Positions 25,102-36,904 of a stretch of DNA of 64,000 nucleotides are shown here, piece by piece. This stretch comes from Selaginella moellendorffii (Eukaryota; Plantae; Lycopodiophyta), in the NCBI RefSeq assembly GCF_000143415.4, contig NW_003314290.1, positions 248,001-312,000 on the forward strand, given 5' to 3'. The number at the start of each line of letters is the position of its first letter. Positions within the stretch are counted from its first letter, which is position 1. The notes beneath the pieces are model-generated. The model ran no database searches. It was not told the DNA's origin and saw nothing but the letters and a program-made list of their open reading frames with translations. Position numbers and translations under genes: made by a program.

Positions 25102-26023
25102 ATGTCTAGGGCTCTTTATTCCCTCGTCTCGCAATTTTTCCAAGCGCTACCTGGGCGTGGCGCTGCGAGGATCGCGGGAATGGCGTCTCCAGCATTCGAC
25201 AAGGTGAGATCATGGAAGCATTTCTTTTGCTCGATCTAGTGGCCGCACTGTCGATGCTTCGATCCAGGAAATTTTCTTCTTTGGGCCGTATAAGATTGAT
25301 CCCAGAGAAGTGTTCTTGGTCTCCAAGCATTCCTTTGCTCTCGTGAATCTAAAGCCCGTTGTTCCTGGTAAGGCATTGCTCTCTTTCTTTTTCCTTTGTA
25401 GCTAAACGAATGTTTCTTTTCTCAGGTCATATCCTTTCTTTCCAGCAGAACTTTGCTCGTTTCACTTGTCTTCCTTGATCTTTCTTTCTTTTTTTCTTTG
25501 TTTCTTTTTTATACATGTTCTTGTGAGCTCAAAGCGTGTGGTACCTCGTTTCACTGATCTCAGCAGTGAAGAAGTTTGCGATCTTTGGCTCACCGCGAGA
25601 AATGTTGGTGAGAAAGTGGAGAAGCACTTTAAAGCATCCTCGTTAACTTTGGCAATACAGGTATGATCATCGATCAAAACCTTTGTTTGCGTTTAAGTCA
25701 CTCTTTTAAGAGCTCTTTGTTTTGTTGTTCCAGGACGGGCCACAAGCCGGCCAGACCGTCCCTCACGTACACATCCATGTCCTCCCGCGAAAAGCCAGCG
25801 ACTTCGAGAAGAACGATGAGATCTACGACGCTGTAAGTTAGTGGCAGCTTTTCTGTCACGGAATCGAGAGACACGGGAGGGACTTTTGATTTTTATTTCC
25901 TTGCAGATCGATGATAAAGCGAAGGCAATGAACGACCATCTCAACCTTGACAAGGAGAGACGCGACCGGACAATGGACGAGATGGAGGCCGAGGCCAAAG
26001 ACCTGAGAGCTCTCTTCGACTGA
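25102..26023 (+). CDS. FHIT: FHIT-family HIT hydrolase (bis(5'-adenosyl)-triphosphatase); alternative ATG at 25180; contains a 3-nt micro-exon at 25426-25428
   Basis: [22 protein letters not shown]|G|HVLV..AIQ|[38 protein letters not shown]. Confidence 0.93.
25429..25514 (+). other. U12-type (minor spliceosome) AT-AC intron in FHIT
   Basis: 5' end ATATCCTTT, branch-like TTCCTTGAT at 25471-25479, 3' end TAC. Removal restores PGHVLV. Confidence 0.88.
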
Positions 26024-26341
26024 AGAAGATCAAGGAAACACTATAGAACCCTATAAACTACAGGTATGCCAGTGAATCATCCCTGACACTGTCTCTTCCA
26101 CTAAGCACTAAAGCGCGGTACTTTTCCTTCCAGACCAATCAGTCAATGAGTGGAGTAGTCACGTCATGAATCCATAACGGAAGTTTCAAAGCCATCTTTT
26201 TTCTGGTAGATAAAGTAGGACTACTGTGCTGCTATTGCTACGATTGCGACGCATTTTGCAGTATATGAGGAGCGAGTATGTGGAACCTCTGGAGTGTGCT
26301 CGATCATCACCGGGACTCGCGAGAGAGAACACAGAGAGAAG

Positions 26342-26894
26342 ATGGATCTTCTCTGCTGGATGGTCAGTGTTTTAAGTTTTCACCTGCTTTGGAGCTCTGC
26401 AGGCTTGCAGGCACAGTTCGTGGGACAGACGTGTGATCTGGAGAGTGAGTTCTCCACTCTCGTCCCGTGCCTGCCTTTCGTGCAAATGCAAGACAATAGT
26501 CCCTCGGACGATTGCTGCGTTAGAGTTCATGCAGTCCTCAAGGATCACTTTCCTTGTATGTGTACGCTCATCGATGGAGCTGGAGGCATGGTCGGGCACA
26601 TCCTCAACGATATGAACTTCACCTTGGCGATGGAGCTGCCATCGCTCTGCGGCGTGAAAGGATTTCAGCCATCGGCTCAGTGCGGATCCTTTGGTGGAAG
26701 TAAGTTTTACTTTTCTTTCGTTCTTTGCCTCTCATTCTTCGCTAACTTGGATTCCTTCTCTTGGTTTTTTAATAGTCGGACCATCACCATTGTTCGCCAA
26801 TCCAAACTTCTCTGGAGCTTGGTCGAGAAAGGCCGGAGCTTGGGTCGTGGCAGTAGTAACTATGGCGATGGCATCTCTCTTCATGAAGCTGTGA
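26342..26894 (+). CDS. Non-specific lipid transfer protein, probably GPI-anchored (type G); intron ~26700-26776
   Basis: Signal peptide, 8-Cys pattern C..C..CC..CMC..C..C, hydrophobic C-terminal tail WVVAVVTMAMASLFMKL. Confidence 0.85.
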
Positions 26895-27014
26895 AAAAGG
26901 AGAGCGTGAGTTTCGTGAGTTTTTGTGTGCATAATGGATTTTTTTTTTTTTTTCTTTGGGCATAGATGGCTTTCGGTGTAAGAAATGAAAGTGTTACTTA
27001 CACGAACTTCATCG

Positions 27015-27766
27015 TCAGATTTCTTCACACAAGTTACTTTGAATCACAAGCTTGGTTCTCCCTTGGCTCAGCTCCTTGATCGAGCAGCTAAGTTGGCACT
27101 CGAATTGGTGCTTGTAGTCGAAAGGCACCCAGAACCACTTTGATCGCGGCTTGGAACGAAGCTCGGCCTCGAAAAGGAGCTTGAAAGGCGAGCCTTGGAG
27201 TGGCATGTATTTGGAGTCGAAGAACAAGGGAACTCTATCACCGATAACGTAAGCTCTTACCACTTGTTGCTTGCGTGCTCCAGTGATAAATCCCCCTAGC
27301 TGCGATCGAAGAGAAGTTCTTGAGAGAAAAGATCTTTGCCAGAAGGAAAAGATGGTTTTTGGGAAGAACTCTACCTTACCAGTGGCAAGAGGGAGCTTGA
27401 AGTGTGCAGTGAGGAGCGAGAGCCGTATTTGAGCCTCTTTGACGTCGATCTTCCAGCAAAAGGAAGGATTTCTTACATGGAACTGGAGCTTGGAGGAGGA
27501 GGAGACGATCGAATTTTGATTCTTGTTGAAAGTTCCAAGCGTGAGATTCCACTGGTAGATGTCAATCTCCTGGAGACAAGAAATCAAAGCAAAATGAGAA
27601 CTTTTGTCAAGAAACCCTTGCTTGTAACTTGGAGAGAGACGTGAAGTGGTCGAGGACGAAGAATCAGCCTCCATGCGATTCCAAACGCGGCTCCCAGTAT
27701 GAGCAGCGCGAAGAAAAATGGGTGCCTCTTGACAGTTCCATCGAAAGCCTTGTGCAGAGAAGCCAT
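27015..27766 (-). CDS. Divergent LEA_2/NHL (WHy)-domain membrane protein; 3 exons
   Basis: N-terminal TM segment followed by LRPRP, VRNPS motif and a C-terminal Cys pair; GT-AG introns near 27570-27628 and 27300-27378. Confidence 0.7.
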
Positions 27767-27990
27767 GCAAATCAATCGATCACCTCGAGAAGAAGAGAAA
27801 AACTCCTTTCTTTCGAGCTTTTGAGCTTCATAAAAATGCGAGCTATGGAGTTTAGTCGCCGCTCGTCCAAAGCAGTGGCTCTGCCTTAAAGCTTGTTCTT
27901 AAGTTATAAAGCACTTGGTTTTCATACAAGCCACACAGTGAGGTTTTATCGTGTCCATATTTTAGGGCAGTACTGTGTGAGCGATTGGTG

Positions 27991-29017
27991 ATGGCGGAGG
28001 CGAGCTCCATCTTGTTCTTGGCACTCTTCCTGGCGCTCTTCGTCGCGGCGCCGGCATTGGATTCGCCGCAGTACACTGTGGTGCATTCCGAGTCGGATTT
28101 CGAGGTGCGGTGGTATCGGCCGTCGGCATGGATGACCTCGCAGCAGGAGGATTTGTCTTTCACTAGCGCAACGCTGAAAGGATTTCACAGGTATGTCAGG
28201 CTAGATTATGGCATTTGGGATGAATTGGTCTTCTATGCTTCTTGGTTTTCTTGTGTTTCATTGCTTGTAAGAGTGTCTTGCTGAATGTTTTTTATTTCTG
28301 TGTAAGTTTCTTCTATCGATAGATCATCTCGAATGGTTTTTACTTTTGTGTATCTTATGAATTTCGATTGAGAAGATCCTTTTTGTCGATAGTTTCATGT
28401 CGAATGGTTTTTATCTTTGTGTCCTGTGAATTTCGATTGAGAAGTTTATTTTGTCGATAGATCATCTCGGATGTATCTCGTCATAGGAGAAAGCAACTAA
28501 GAATTTTTATGTCTTTTTCCACAGATTGTTCCAGTTCATCCAAGGCGCCAACTTAAACTCTTCGCGAATCCCAATGACAGCTCCCGTGCTCACCGGCATA
28601 GTCCCTTCCACGGGCCCGTTTTGCTCCTCAACCTTCCGGGTCCGCTTCTTTCTACCACCGCAATTCGAAAAGTCGCCTCCAGTGGCACTCCCGGAGCTCA
28701 GCCTCGCTCCCGAGTTTTGGCCCGAGCGATGCATCGCCACCCGCTCCTTCTCGGGCTTTGCCAAAGACGAGAACGTCGCGGTGGAGGCCGCAAAGCTTGC
28801 CGCCAGCTTGAGCAAGACACTGTGGAGCAATGCTACGTCCAAGGAAACCATCTCCGGCGTCGACTCCTACTCCATCGCGCAGTACGACAGCCCTTTCAAG
28901 ATCTTTAGCCGCCACAACGAAGTCTGGGTGCCTCTCGCGAAATGCTCGGCCGCCAAAAACTGTCTCCCAGAACGAGTTGCCGACGACAATACCGAAGAAC
29001 GAAGAACTTCCTCCTAG
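27991..29017 (+). CDS. SOUL/HBP heme-binding protein with signal peptide; 2 exons
   Basis: DSPQYTVVHSESDFEVRWY..GFHR|LFQFIQGAN..IPMTAPV..AQYDSPF..RHNEVW. Confidence 0.93.
28316..28469. repeat. ~70-bp imperfect tandem repeat (about 2.2 copies) in the SOUL intron
   Basis: tcgatag..tcgaatggttttta..tgaatttcgattgagaag is repeated. Confidence 0.8.
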
Positions 29018-29360
29018 AAAAGAAAGAGGACTAGCGTAAATATCTAAGGTATGGCTTCTTTGCTGCTTGGTGGAGGTGTATTAATTTTCTTCCTACTCTT
29101 TGCAGCATAATTAGTGTAAGTGGCAGGCAGCTAGAATCCTTCATTCCAGCGCGCAAAAATCGGATTTTCGTGTTCTCTCTCGGTCGCCGGCTCTCTCAGG
29201 TCCTGTTCTCTAGAGATTTTTGTAGTATGCCACAGCAGCAAGCATCGGCAAGCTTCTTCCGGAGCGCTCAAGAACACGCTGGATAATCCCCAGGTTCGCT
29301 AAACTCTTTTGCATCTTCTCCATTCTCCTTTAATCGCTCTTCCAGCCGGGAGGAGAAACC

Positions 29361-29939
29361 ATGGAGAAGCTTGCTCGCCGCTGCTGCTACGTTTGCTGCT
29401 GCCTCATCGTCTCGATCCTCGTCGCGGTGGCAGTGATCGCCATCGTTCTAAGGGTCGTGCTCAAGCCCAGGGACGTGGACCTCAGCGTCACTCGCATGAC
29501 GCTCCAGGAGTTCGAGGCATCGCTAAACTTCCCGACGTTCACCCCGACGCTCAAGCTCGTCCTGGCCATGGACGTCCGGGTCTACAATCCAAACAGGGCC
29601 AGCTTCGCCTTCTCCAACAGCACCGTCTTGATGTTCTACCACGGCCAGGAGTCCGCGCGCACGCTCGTCCCCGCTGGGAGGATCCCGGCCAGGGACTCCG
29701 TGAACATCTCCACGGTGCTGGACGTGGCGGCCAGCAGGGTGATCGCCAATCCAAGCTTTGCGGGCGACGTGCGCGCGGGGATTCTGCCCGTGACCACGGA
29801 GAGTGCGATCAAGGGGCGCGTCAATGTGTGGAACATCTACCGGCATTCGATGGTGAGCGTCTCCAAGTGCCAGATCTTGCTGGCGGTGGCCAACCAGACC
29901 ATCGCGAGCTACAAATGCGAAAACAAGAATATCTTCTAG
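29361..29939 (+). CDS. LEA_2/NHL-domain protein, intronless
   Basis: Cys-rich N-terminus, TM segment, LKPR, VYNPN motif, C-terminal C..C. Confidence 0.9.
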   Translation: MEKLARRCCYVCCCLIVSILVAVAVIAIVLRVVLKPRDVDLSVTRMTLQEFEASLNFPTFTPTLKLVLAMDVRVYNPNRASFAFSNSTVLMFYHGQESARTLVPAGRIPARDSVNISTVLDVAASRVIANPSFAGDVRAGILPVTTESAIKGRVNVWNIYRHSMVSVSKCQILLAVANQTIASYKCENKNIF

Positions 29940-30074
29940 GGGTGATTATCCGCCGGGATATTCTTTTTAGGGTTCATGAGATGATTATTCGCCGGAATAT
30001 TCGTTTAGTCTTCTTGAGGTAATTAAACTTTCACTTTTCGATTAGCCTATCATCGCTGTTGAATTGGATTTCTT

Positions 30075-30743
30075 CTATCCACTTTGCCCGCACGAGTAAT
30101 CCACTAGGCTCGTGTTGGCTGTGGAGATTTGGAGCTCGCAGATCGAGGACAGCACGAAGTGGTGCTTAAACAAGATCCACTTGTGGACAAATCCTGTCAA
30201 ATTGGTCTCCACGCCCAGCAGCAAGGGAGAATCCCGTGGAGCATCGAATTCCCCATGAACGGTGGCCGACAGATTTCTCCTCGCTTGCGGCTTGATCGTT
30301 CCCGGCGCAATCGCCGCCCGCCCGGCCGCCTTGTCGCCGCCGGGCAGCGGGAAGACGAACGAGGCGGCGTTGTAGTATGTGAATTTCCCGGAGAGATTGG
30401 GGTTGGAGAGGCAGAGCACTGTTGTTATCGCTCCCGCGATCCTGGCCGACGAATTCCCCGATCTCGGAGTGGAATTGGAAGGCCTGGAGGAATTTTGCGC
30501 CGCTACACTGCTGGTGGGCGACGAGAGATTGATCCGCACAGGCCTCATCTCCTCCAAAAACACCCAGCTGTGATCAATGTCCGCAGGCTCTGGCTTGAGC
30601 GCCAAGCCCACGACGAGAACAACAATCACTCCCAGTAAAACGATCAAAACGATGGCCAATTTCCAGTTCTTGCGCGTCGAATTCTTTGTCTTGAATTCCC
30701 TGCGTGGATTGCCGTGATCATAGCCCCCCTCCTCCTGAGCCAT
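30075..30743 (-). CDS. LEA_2/NHL-domain protein, intronless
   Basis: TM segment followed by LKP, LSNPN motif, FKHHF..C..C C-terminus. Confidence 0.85.
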   Translation of the reverse strand: MAQEEGGYDHGNPRREFKTKNSTRKNWKLAIVLIVLLGVIVVLVVGLALKPEPADIDHSWVFLEEMRPVRINLSSPTSSVAAQNSSRPSNSTPRSGNSSARIAGAITTVLCLSNPNLSGKFTYYNAASFVFPLPGGDKAAGRAAIAPGTIKPQARRNLSATVHGEFDAPRDSPLLLGVETNLTGFVHKWILFKHHFVLSSICELQISTANTSLVDYSCGQSG

Positions 30744-31447
30744 TGTTTTATTCCTTTTCTACATGACTGAGGAACAAACCAGATCTTTGCTATGGAAATA
30801 TAAAATTGGATGGATAGAAAAGAAACTTAGATGGATAGGTTCCAATTCACTCTAAGCCCACCCAACATGTAGCAATCAGTCAATCAATCAGTCAGCGTCT
30901 TCCTATTCTTTCGATCGAAATCCTTTACACCCTTCTGCTGGCGACCTATCAATTAGGCGGGGGCGAGCCACCAAATTCAAAGATTTGAATTGGAAAGCTC
31001 CTCTCTCGCACTTTTAAAACCTAGACATGGACATGTGATCGAGAGAGGGACGACGACGAAGAACTTCTCTCTGGGATAAGAAAAAAACTAATATAAAGCT
31101 TTGAAGCTCTTGACAACTGTGGCTCCACGCGTTTGTTCTTGCGACTTTTCCGGTTCTAAGGGAGGAGAGCGAGCGAGAGTTTGAGAAACCAAGGGATTTC
31201 TCAATCACATTCAAACAAGAAAGACAAGAGGGAGAAAAAGAGCTTCTCCTTTCGTGAAGGCCACTAAATTCTTCGTGTTGACGAACAGGGAGATGACTTC
31301 GGGAGGGGGAATCTTTGTAAACAATTTTGAATTCACACCCACAATCTCCACACGGCTTTCCTGGAAACAAACCAAGTGTTCTTCCTCATCGAGGATATAG
31401 TTTTTAATGATCTCCTAGTGACATAGTTATCTTCTACAGTTTATCTT

Positions 31448-32074
31448 CTAGCACTGATAAGAAATAGACTCGTTCGGCAACGAGAGAGAAGCACGGCAGG
31501 ATCTGCCAAGCTTGAAGTGGTGTTTAAACTTGGCCCATTTGTGAACATATCCAATCAAGCTATAGTGGACCGTGAGTGGAATTCGATGATTGATAGTAAT
31601 GTTCTTGGTGTTCTTCCACTGGGGTCTTGCTTGATCCTTGTCGCTGCCACCAAAAACCACTAGAACTGCTGTTAAGTTCGTGCTCTTCTGAGACCCAAGA
31701 ACACCGCTGCGCAGCTCAAACCGATCGATGGTCTCGTCCTGGAGCTCGAGCCAGAAGGAAGCGTTGTAGTAGTCAAAACTCGCGGCGAGGTTGGGATTCC
31801 GGAGTCCCAGCGTGGCTCGAATCCATATGAAACTGGTGCTTTGATTTCGATCGAATGGAGACGTAGAGCTGGCCATGGAGCTGGAATTAACGCTGGAACT
31901 CATGAGTTGCATAAAACAGTGCGTGATCTCGACGTTGTGTGCCACGAACACGAATCGAAAGAGCACCACGAATAGCACCAACGCGAGAATTCCAACGGGA
32001 AATGCTAGCCGGAAAGATCTACACGACTTGGTCGATGGCTTGTAGATAACATTTTGCGTGACAATGTCGTCCAT
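31448..32074 (-). CDS. LEA_2/NHL-domain protein, intronless; paralogue of 30075-30743
   Basis: TM segment, LRNPN..FDYYNA, G[FY]VHKW..FKHHF shared with its neighbour. Confidence 0.85.
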   Translation of the reverse strand: MDDIVTQNVIYKPSTKSCRSFRLAFPVGILALVLFVVLFRFVFVAHNVEITHCFMQLMSSSVNSSSMASSTSPFDRNQSTSFIWIRATLGLRNPNLAASFDYYNASFWLELQDETIDRFELRSGVLGSQKSTNLTAVLVVFGGSDKDQARPQWKNTKNITINHRIPLTVHYSLIGYVHKWAKFKHHFKLGRSCRASLSLPNESISYQC

Positions 32075-32529
32075 ACCATGGAACTTGATATACAGTTCTT
32101 AGGGAAAGGAAACAAACTCTTGCAAACAAGTCTTGACAAAATCGAAAACACTTTGGGCAGATTGACGATGCCTTTGAGTAGAAGATCTGTCTTTCCGTAC
32201 GATTTGATCATGGTCACGCCAAAACTGATCCTTCTCGTGGCTTTTTTCTGCTGTGGGAGCAATCGAATCAGGGTGCATTCGCATGAGCTCCAGTGTCGAA
32301 GGTGGTGGACCACTCCAGGGTAACTTCATAGACGGCACTGCGATCCGATCACACATTTATGGTGTTGCAACAACCATCTTGCTGAATCACCTTCGAAACA
32401 AAATGTTAAGGTTCCTTGTGGGCTCCATACTTTTGAGTGTTTGCTTACAAGGTAATATCTCAAGCATTATTGAGCTTAGACATCTTATCACTGATTTATT
32501 ATACAATCTATTGAGCCAATAGTCCTTAC

Positions 32530-35500
32530 TTCTTTGTTTCTTGAGGTTGAAGTGTTGGTATTACTTTTAGCTGATTCAATCTAACCATCATCATGAAGAT
32601 CAGATCAAACTTTTAAAGGGGCAATTGCTTAATTGTATGGCCTAGTTCATGTTATTCTTCCCTCCCTTATGGAGCATTGGTAAGATCTTAGCCAATCTAG
32701 GCTAGATCATTTTTCCCTTCCACTGGAGAAGAATAATAATAATGATAATAAACCTAGGTAACCGCTAGGGAATCACAACTATGGATTACTTTGTTAATGA
32801 GTCATTTTGGATATCTTTTTCATACTACCACAACAATAGGAGATTAGTATTGTTAGTTCCTTTATTAGTCTTTTTTTGTTCAAGTATTAATAACCTAAGT
32901 TTTGGCCACATAAGCATATGGAAAGAAGTGATTATTTACCCAAACATACTATATTTAAAAAATGTAAAGAATGGCCTAAACACTATAGTGTTATTTCTAT
33001 ATCCAAATTCAAAATATAAAACCATTCCATATTTATTAAGTTTTTGAATTTATCCCAAAAACCATCTCGAAGGATTGGGGTGAAAGGCCAAAATGAGCTT
33101 TCATATAAGGGAGGAAAGGATTATAGAATTCAAAATATATAATAAAGATAGTAGATAGGTGTGGCATGGAAGATCACTTGAGGTTGTTAATTTTTATTTT
33201 GCATTTAGATTGATTCTAAACCTAACCTCTATACTGTGGAATACTTATATTTTTTCGTATCAATATACTAAAAAAATATTAAATTCCATTTTATATATTA
33301 GTCTTAGTGTTAGGATTTTAGATACTCTACAACTATTGTAATGTTACTCTATACTCCTATTTTTTCCTTCCTTTGCATTGAGAATTCCTTCTTAATACCA
33401 TGAAACTTAGGTCCTTATGGATTTAAGGATTAGGTTTTCTTTGTAGTTATTCTATGATAATTCATCATAAAATATATTATAAAAACCATATATTTAGTAT
33501 TAGAACATTAATTCTAACAAATACTATCCAATGAGATTGGGCAATATGATAATCTAAGTAGCTCAAAGTGTAATCTCAAGTTGATAATGTGCCTTATACA
33601 CATAAACTCATGCAAATTATACATCTTATCCATCTAATGAGTCTAAACAAAAGCTTATGGTACAAGATGGTACACACTAAAATCCATATCTAGAGACATA
33701 TGCAAAACCACAACCACCATATATATACTAGTGAACTTGATATTAACCCATCATAAGTAGTTACTATAGATTAAAGTAAACCTCCTTTGAGTTTATCATG
33801 AGTGGTAAATATGCTAATTTGTAGTTGTTTAGGATAACACTAGTGGATCCTTCCTAGACATGATATTGAATTTATTCCCCTTCAATAATATATTTCAAAG
33901 AATAATTGAGTATCCCTTTTATATGCAATAAGTTTATATCAATAATTTATTTTTACCTTTCAAATGTTATATAGCTTTGCAAAAGAATCTTATTTCAAAT
34001 TTAAATTTTTTAAATTCTGACAAAATTGATATTTAAATAAAAAGAAGAACATAGTATGGATTCTAAGATATTATGACAAACTTTTCTATTATTATACATA
34101 GTAAATATTTAAATCTCTTCTACAGTTTTATCTATATAAAGTGCAAAATTTCTAAATATATAGTATAAAAAATATGCTAATATTTAAAAATTAAAACTAT
34201 ACTACACTTAAAAATTGAGCTTAATTCTTCAACTCATGAGTTCAAGAACGGTCCACACTTGGCAACAACATCATCTTCAAGGAAGCTACTCACTATAGTT
34301 CCTACAGACATTTGCCATCGCATTCAATTTTCAATACTTGACATCCCTTTAGAGGTAGATTTTGTCATGGCATACTATCAACAGCTTGGCTCCACAACTT
34401 TAAAGGATTCTATGATACTTGGATATGCATGGCACAAGCAAGTGAATGGCATCACCACTTGAAAACTTGGGAAGATAGACACTCTACAATGCTTGTGACT
34501 TCTCTTTGAATGCACAAGGCTCTTCATAGGTTATAACATCTTTATCCAGAAGGACTTCTCATGAGTTACCAATGGTTTTCCTAGAGTTGATCAACTCTAC
34601 TTGCCTGAGATGGAGACTTTCCATTGCAATAGCACTAATATCATGCTTCACAATTAAGGAATGCCTCATAGATATCAACACTCAGTTGAGGCAACTCCTT
34701 TTTCTTCTGAGTTCACTTCTAGCATCACCACCTTTGTATCTACCTTCAACTCAATGAATGGAGCTCTCCATCTTTTGCATCAAGGTCTTGTACTTTGGCT
34801 TGCATGGCAAATGTTCTGGTCCAGAAGAGATTCTGGAAAAGCTGAGTGTCTTGTAGAATCTCAACTCTAGAAGCTAATATTTTCCAGCTAGTTGGACCTG
34901 ATGTACACATAGAAGCCTAGATACATTGGACAGATGATGTACCTGCCACCTCTTTTTCAGAAAGTTTTGCCACTAGGTATAACAATAATTCAAAAGCACA
35001 AAACATTATAATACTGCAGCTACCAATCCTGACATCCACAATCCCCTCCACTACTTTTTACCACCATCCACACCTTTCTCTCATCCAAATCTAGGGCATA
35101 TATTTCTCTCATCCCTCCTTTCTTCTAGCTTTGGTTCCCATTCACTTTCCTATACTTCTCTTCTCACCTATTACTTCTTCACACCTTGCATTTTGGTTTC
35201 TCCTATTATTTTTTCTAGACTTCTCATTCATAATTTATATGGTTTCCTTTGTGACTCCAAACTCTCTATTTCTTTTGTTTATTTACTTTGTTTTGGTTTC
35301 TCCAGTTTTCTATAGTTCCCCAAACCAGACATCACATTAAACTTCTGAAGATTGAGAAGTTCTCTTCATGCTACAAACATGCTCAGTCCACCATGGTTGC
35401 CTGATTGGGATGTGAGCCACATCCATGAGCCATTAGCCACCTACAAAGGGGCAGGCAAAGATACCCCCACTCCCCAACAATCTACAATTGCCCCCATATC

Positions 35501-36300
35501 AATGGCTCTTCCCTCACAAGTTTCAGCATTTCTTCATCATGTTAGACCCAGTTTACTTGCTCTATAAAATCCACAATTCTAGAAATGAACAAAGAAGATT
35601 GAGAGTAAAAAAAGAAAAATAAAAAAGAAAGAGAAAGAAAAGATCTCACCACAAAGGTGGTGAAGATGGCAAGCCAGAATAATAGATGAGGCGGCTTCTA
35701 ATGAGAGAAGGTGAGCTGGTCTTAAACCAGGTTAAGCAGCTCCAAACAATAGCAATCTTTGTTGCAATGCTGTTAGAAGTGTGGCAAATGTCCACTAACC
35801 ATTAGAGGAGATAGAAGAGGGTGCCAGCTGTTATGTCCACACCAAAGAGTCCACCTAGTTGCCTGAGGTACCAAGTTCAACTGGTTGGAAGAATAACACT
35901 TGACCACACCATCACATCATTTTCATGCATCCATTTTCACTTTTACACTTACCACCAATTGACAACAGTATTTCTTTGCTTTCTAGCCACATTTTGACCA
36001 AGGTTCTGACAATGACTGACTTAAGGATGAGGTTGCATTTGCATATTCACTATCTAGAGTTTGTTTTCATTTGATTCACCTTGCTTTTCACCTTCTTCTC
36101 TTGCTACTTCCATTTTTTGGTGTGTAGTTTACGCTTAGAGTTTCCCTCTAACCCTAAACTCTACACCACTTTCTTCTCCTTTTCTAATCATCTTTCTTTC
36201 CATTTTTCATCTTTCCTTTGTTTTATTTCCATATTTCTCAACTTTTGCAGTTGCGTTTTTCTAAGTATTTGGTAGAAGTCTTCAATATGACTTCTTTAAC
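32530..36300. mobile_element. AT-rich, CpG-depleted region of decayed repeats/pseudogenes; possible PPT + LTR start near 33107-33125
   Basis: Sharp compositional shift and no long ORFs; purine tract aagggaggaaagga. Family not identifiable. Confidence 0.45.
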
Positions 36301-36904
36301 ATCGTGGGTTCTCACATAGCAAAGCCTAATGCAATCCTTCATGGTCACCTATTGAAAGACTCCATAGATTTCAGAGGAGGAATATTCTCCATCGAGGGTA
36401 AAACAAAAGATTAGAGTTGTGGAGTCTTGGAATTTGTCATGAGAATGAGTTAGGAATTACCCTCACCCAATCCTCTCTATAGCAGTAGTGTAGCACAAAC
36501 TTGACTTGCTGATTGGTCGCCACTCTGGATCCGCCCATTTCTTGACACACCTTTTAAACACCGAAGAAAGACATAGTTACAAGCAGTTTCCCCTTCGGCC
36601 ATCCATTTTAGATTTAGGCTACTTGCTCCAGTTACCACTTTCAGCAGCTTTGATGGAGGAGCCATGGTCTTTTGCATGTGGATGCAGCCTAAAGGACCTG
36701 ATTCCAGATTACTTGCCAGGATCCCCTCACGCTAACCAGGAGGAATTGGAACAGCCTGGCTCTTTGGAGTTGCCATCTGAGGAAAACCCCAAAGTAAGTT
36801 TGGGAATTAGGAGGATAGCCGCCTAAAAGTTGATAAAATTTGAAGCGAGTTTAAACTTCAAAGGTCTATAAATTGCTTTCAGAAATAGGGTTTTGGAATT
36901 TAGG

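Noticed and set aside
31345-31368. miR396-like stretch (tccacacggctttcctggaa)
   Set aside because: Indels and mismatches versus miR396, and no hairpin partner seen.
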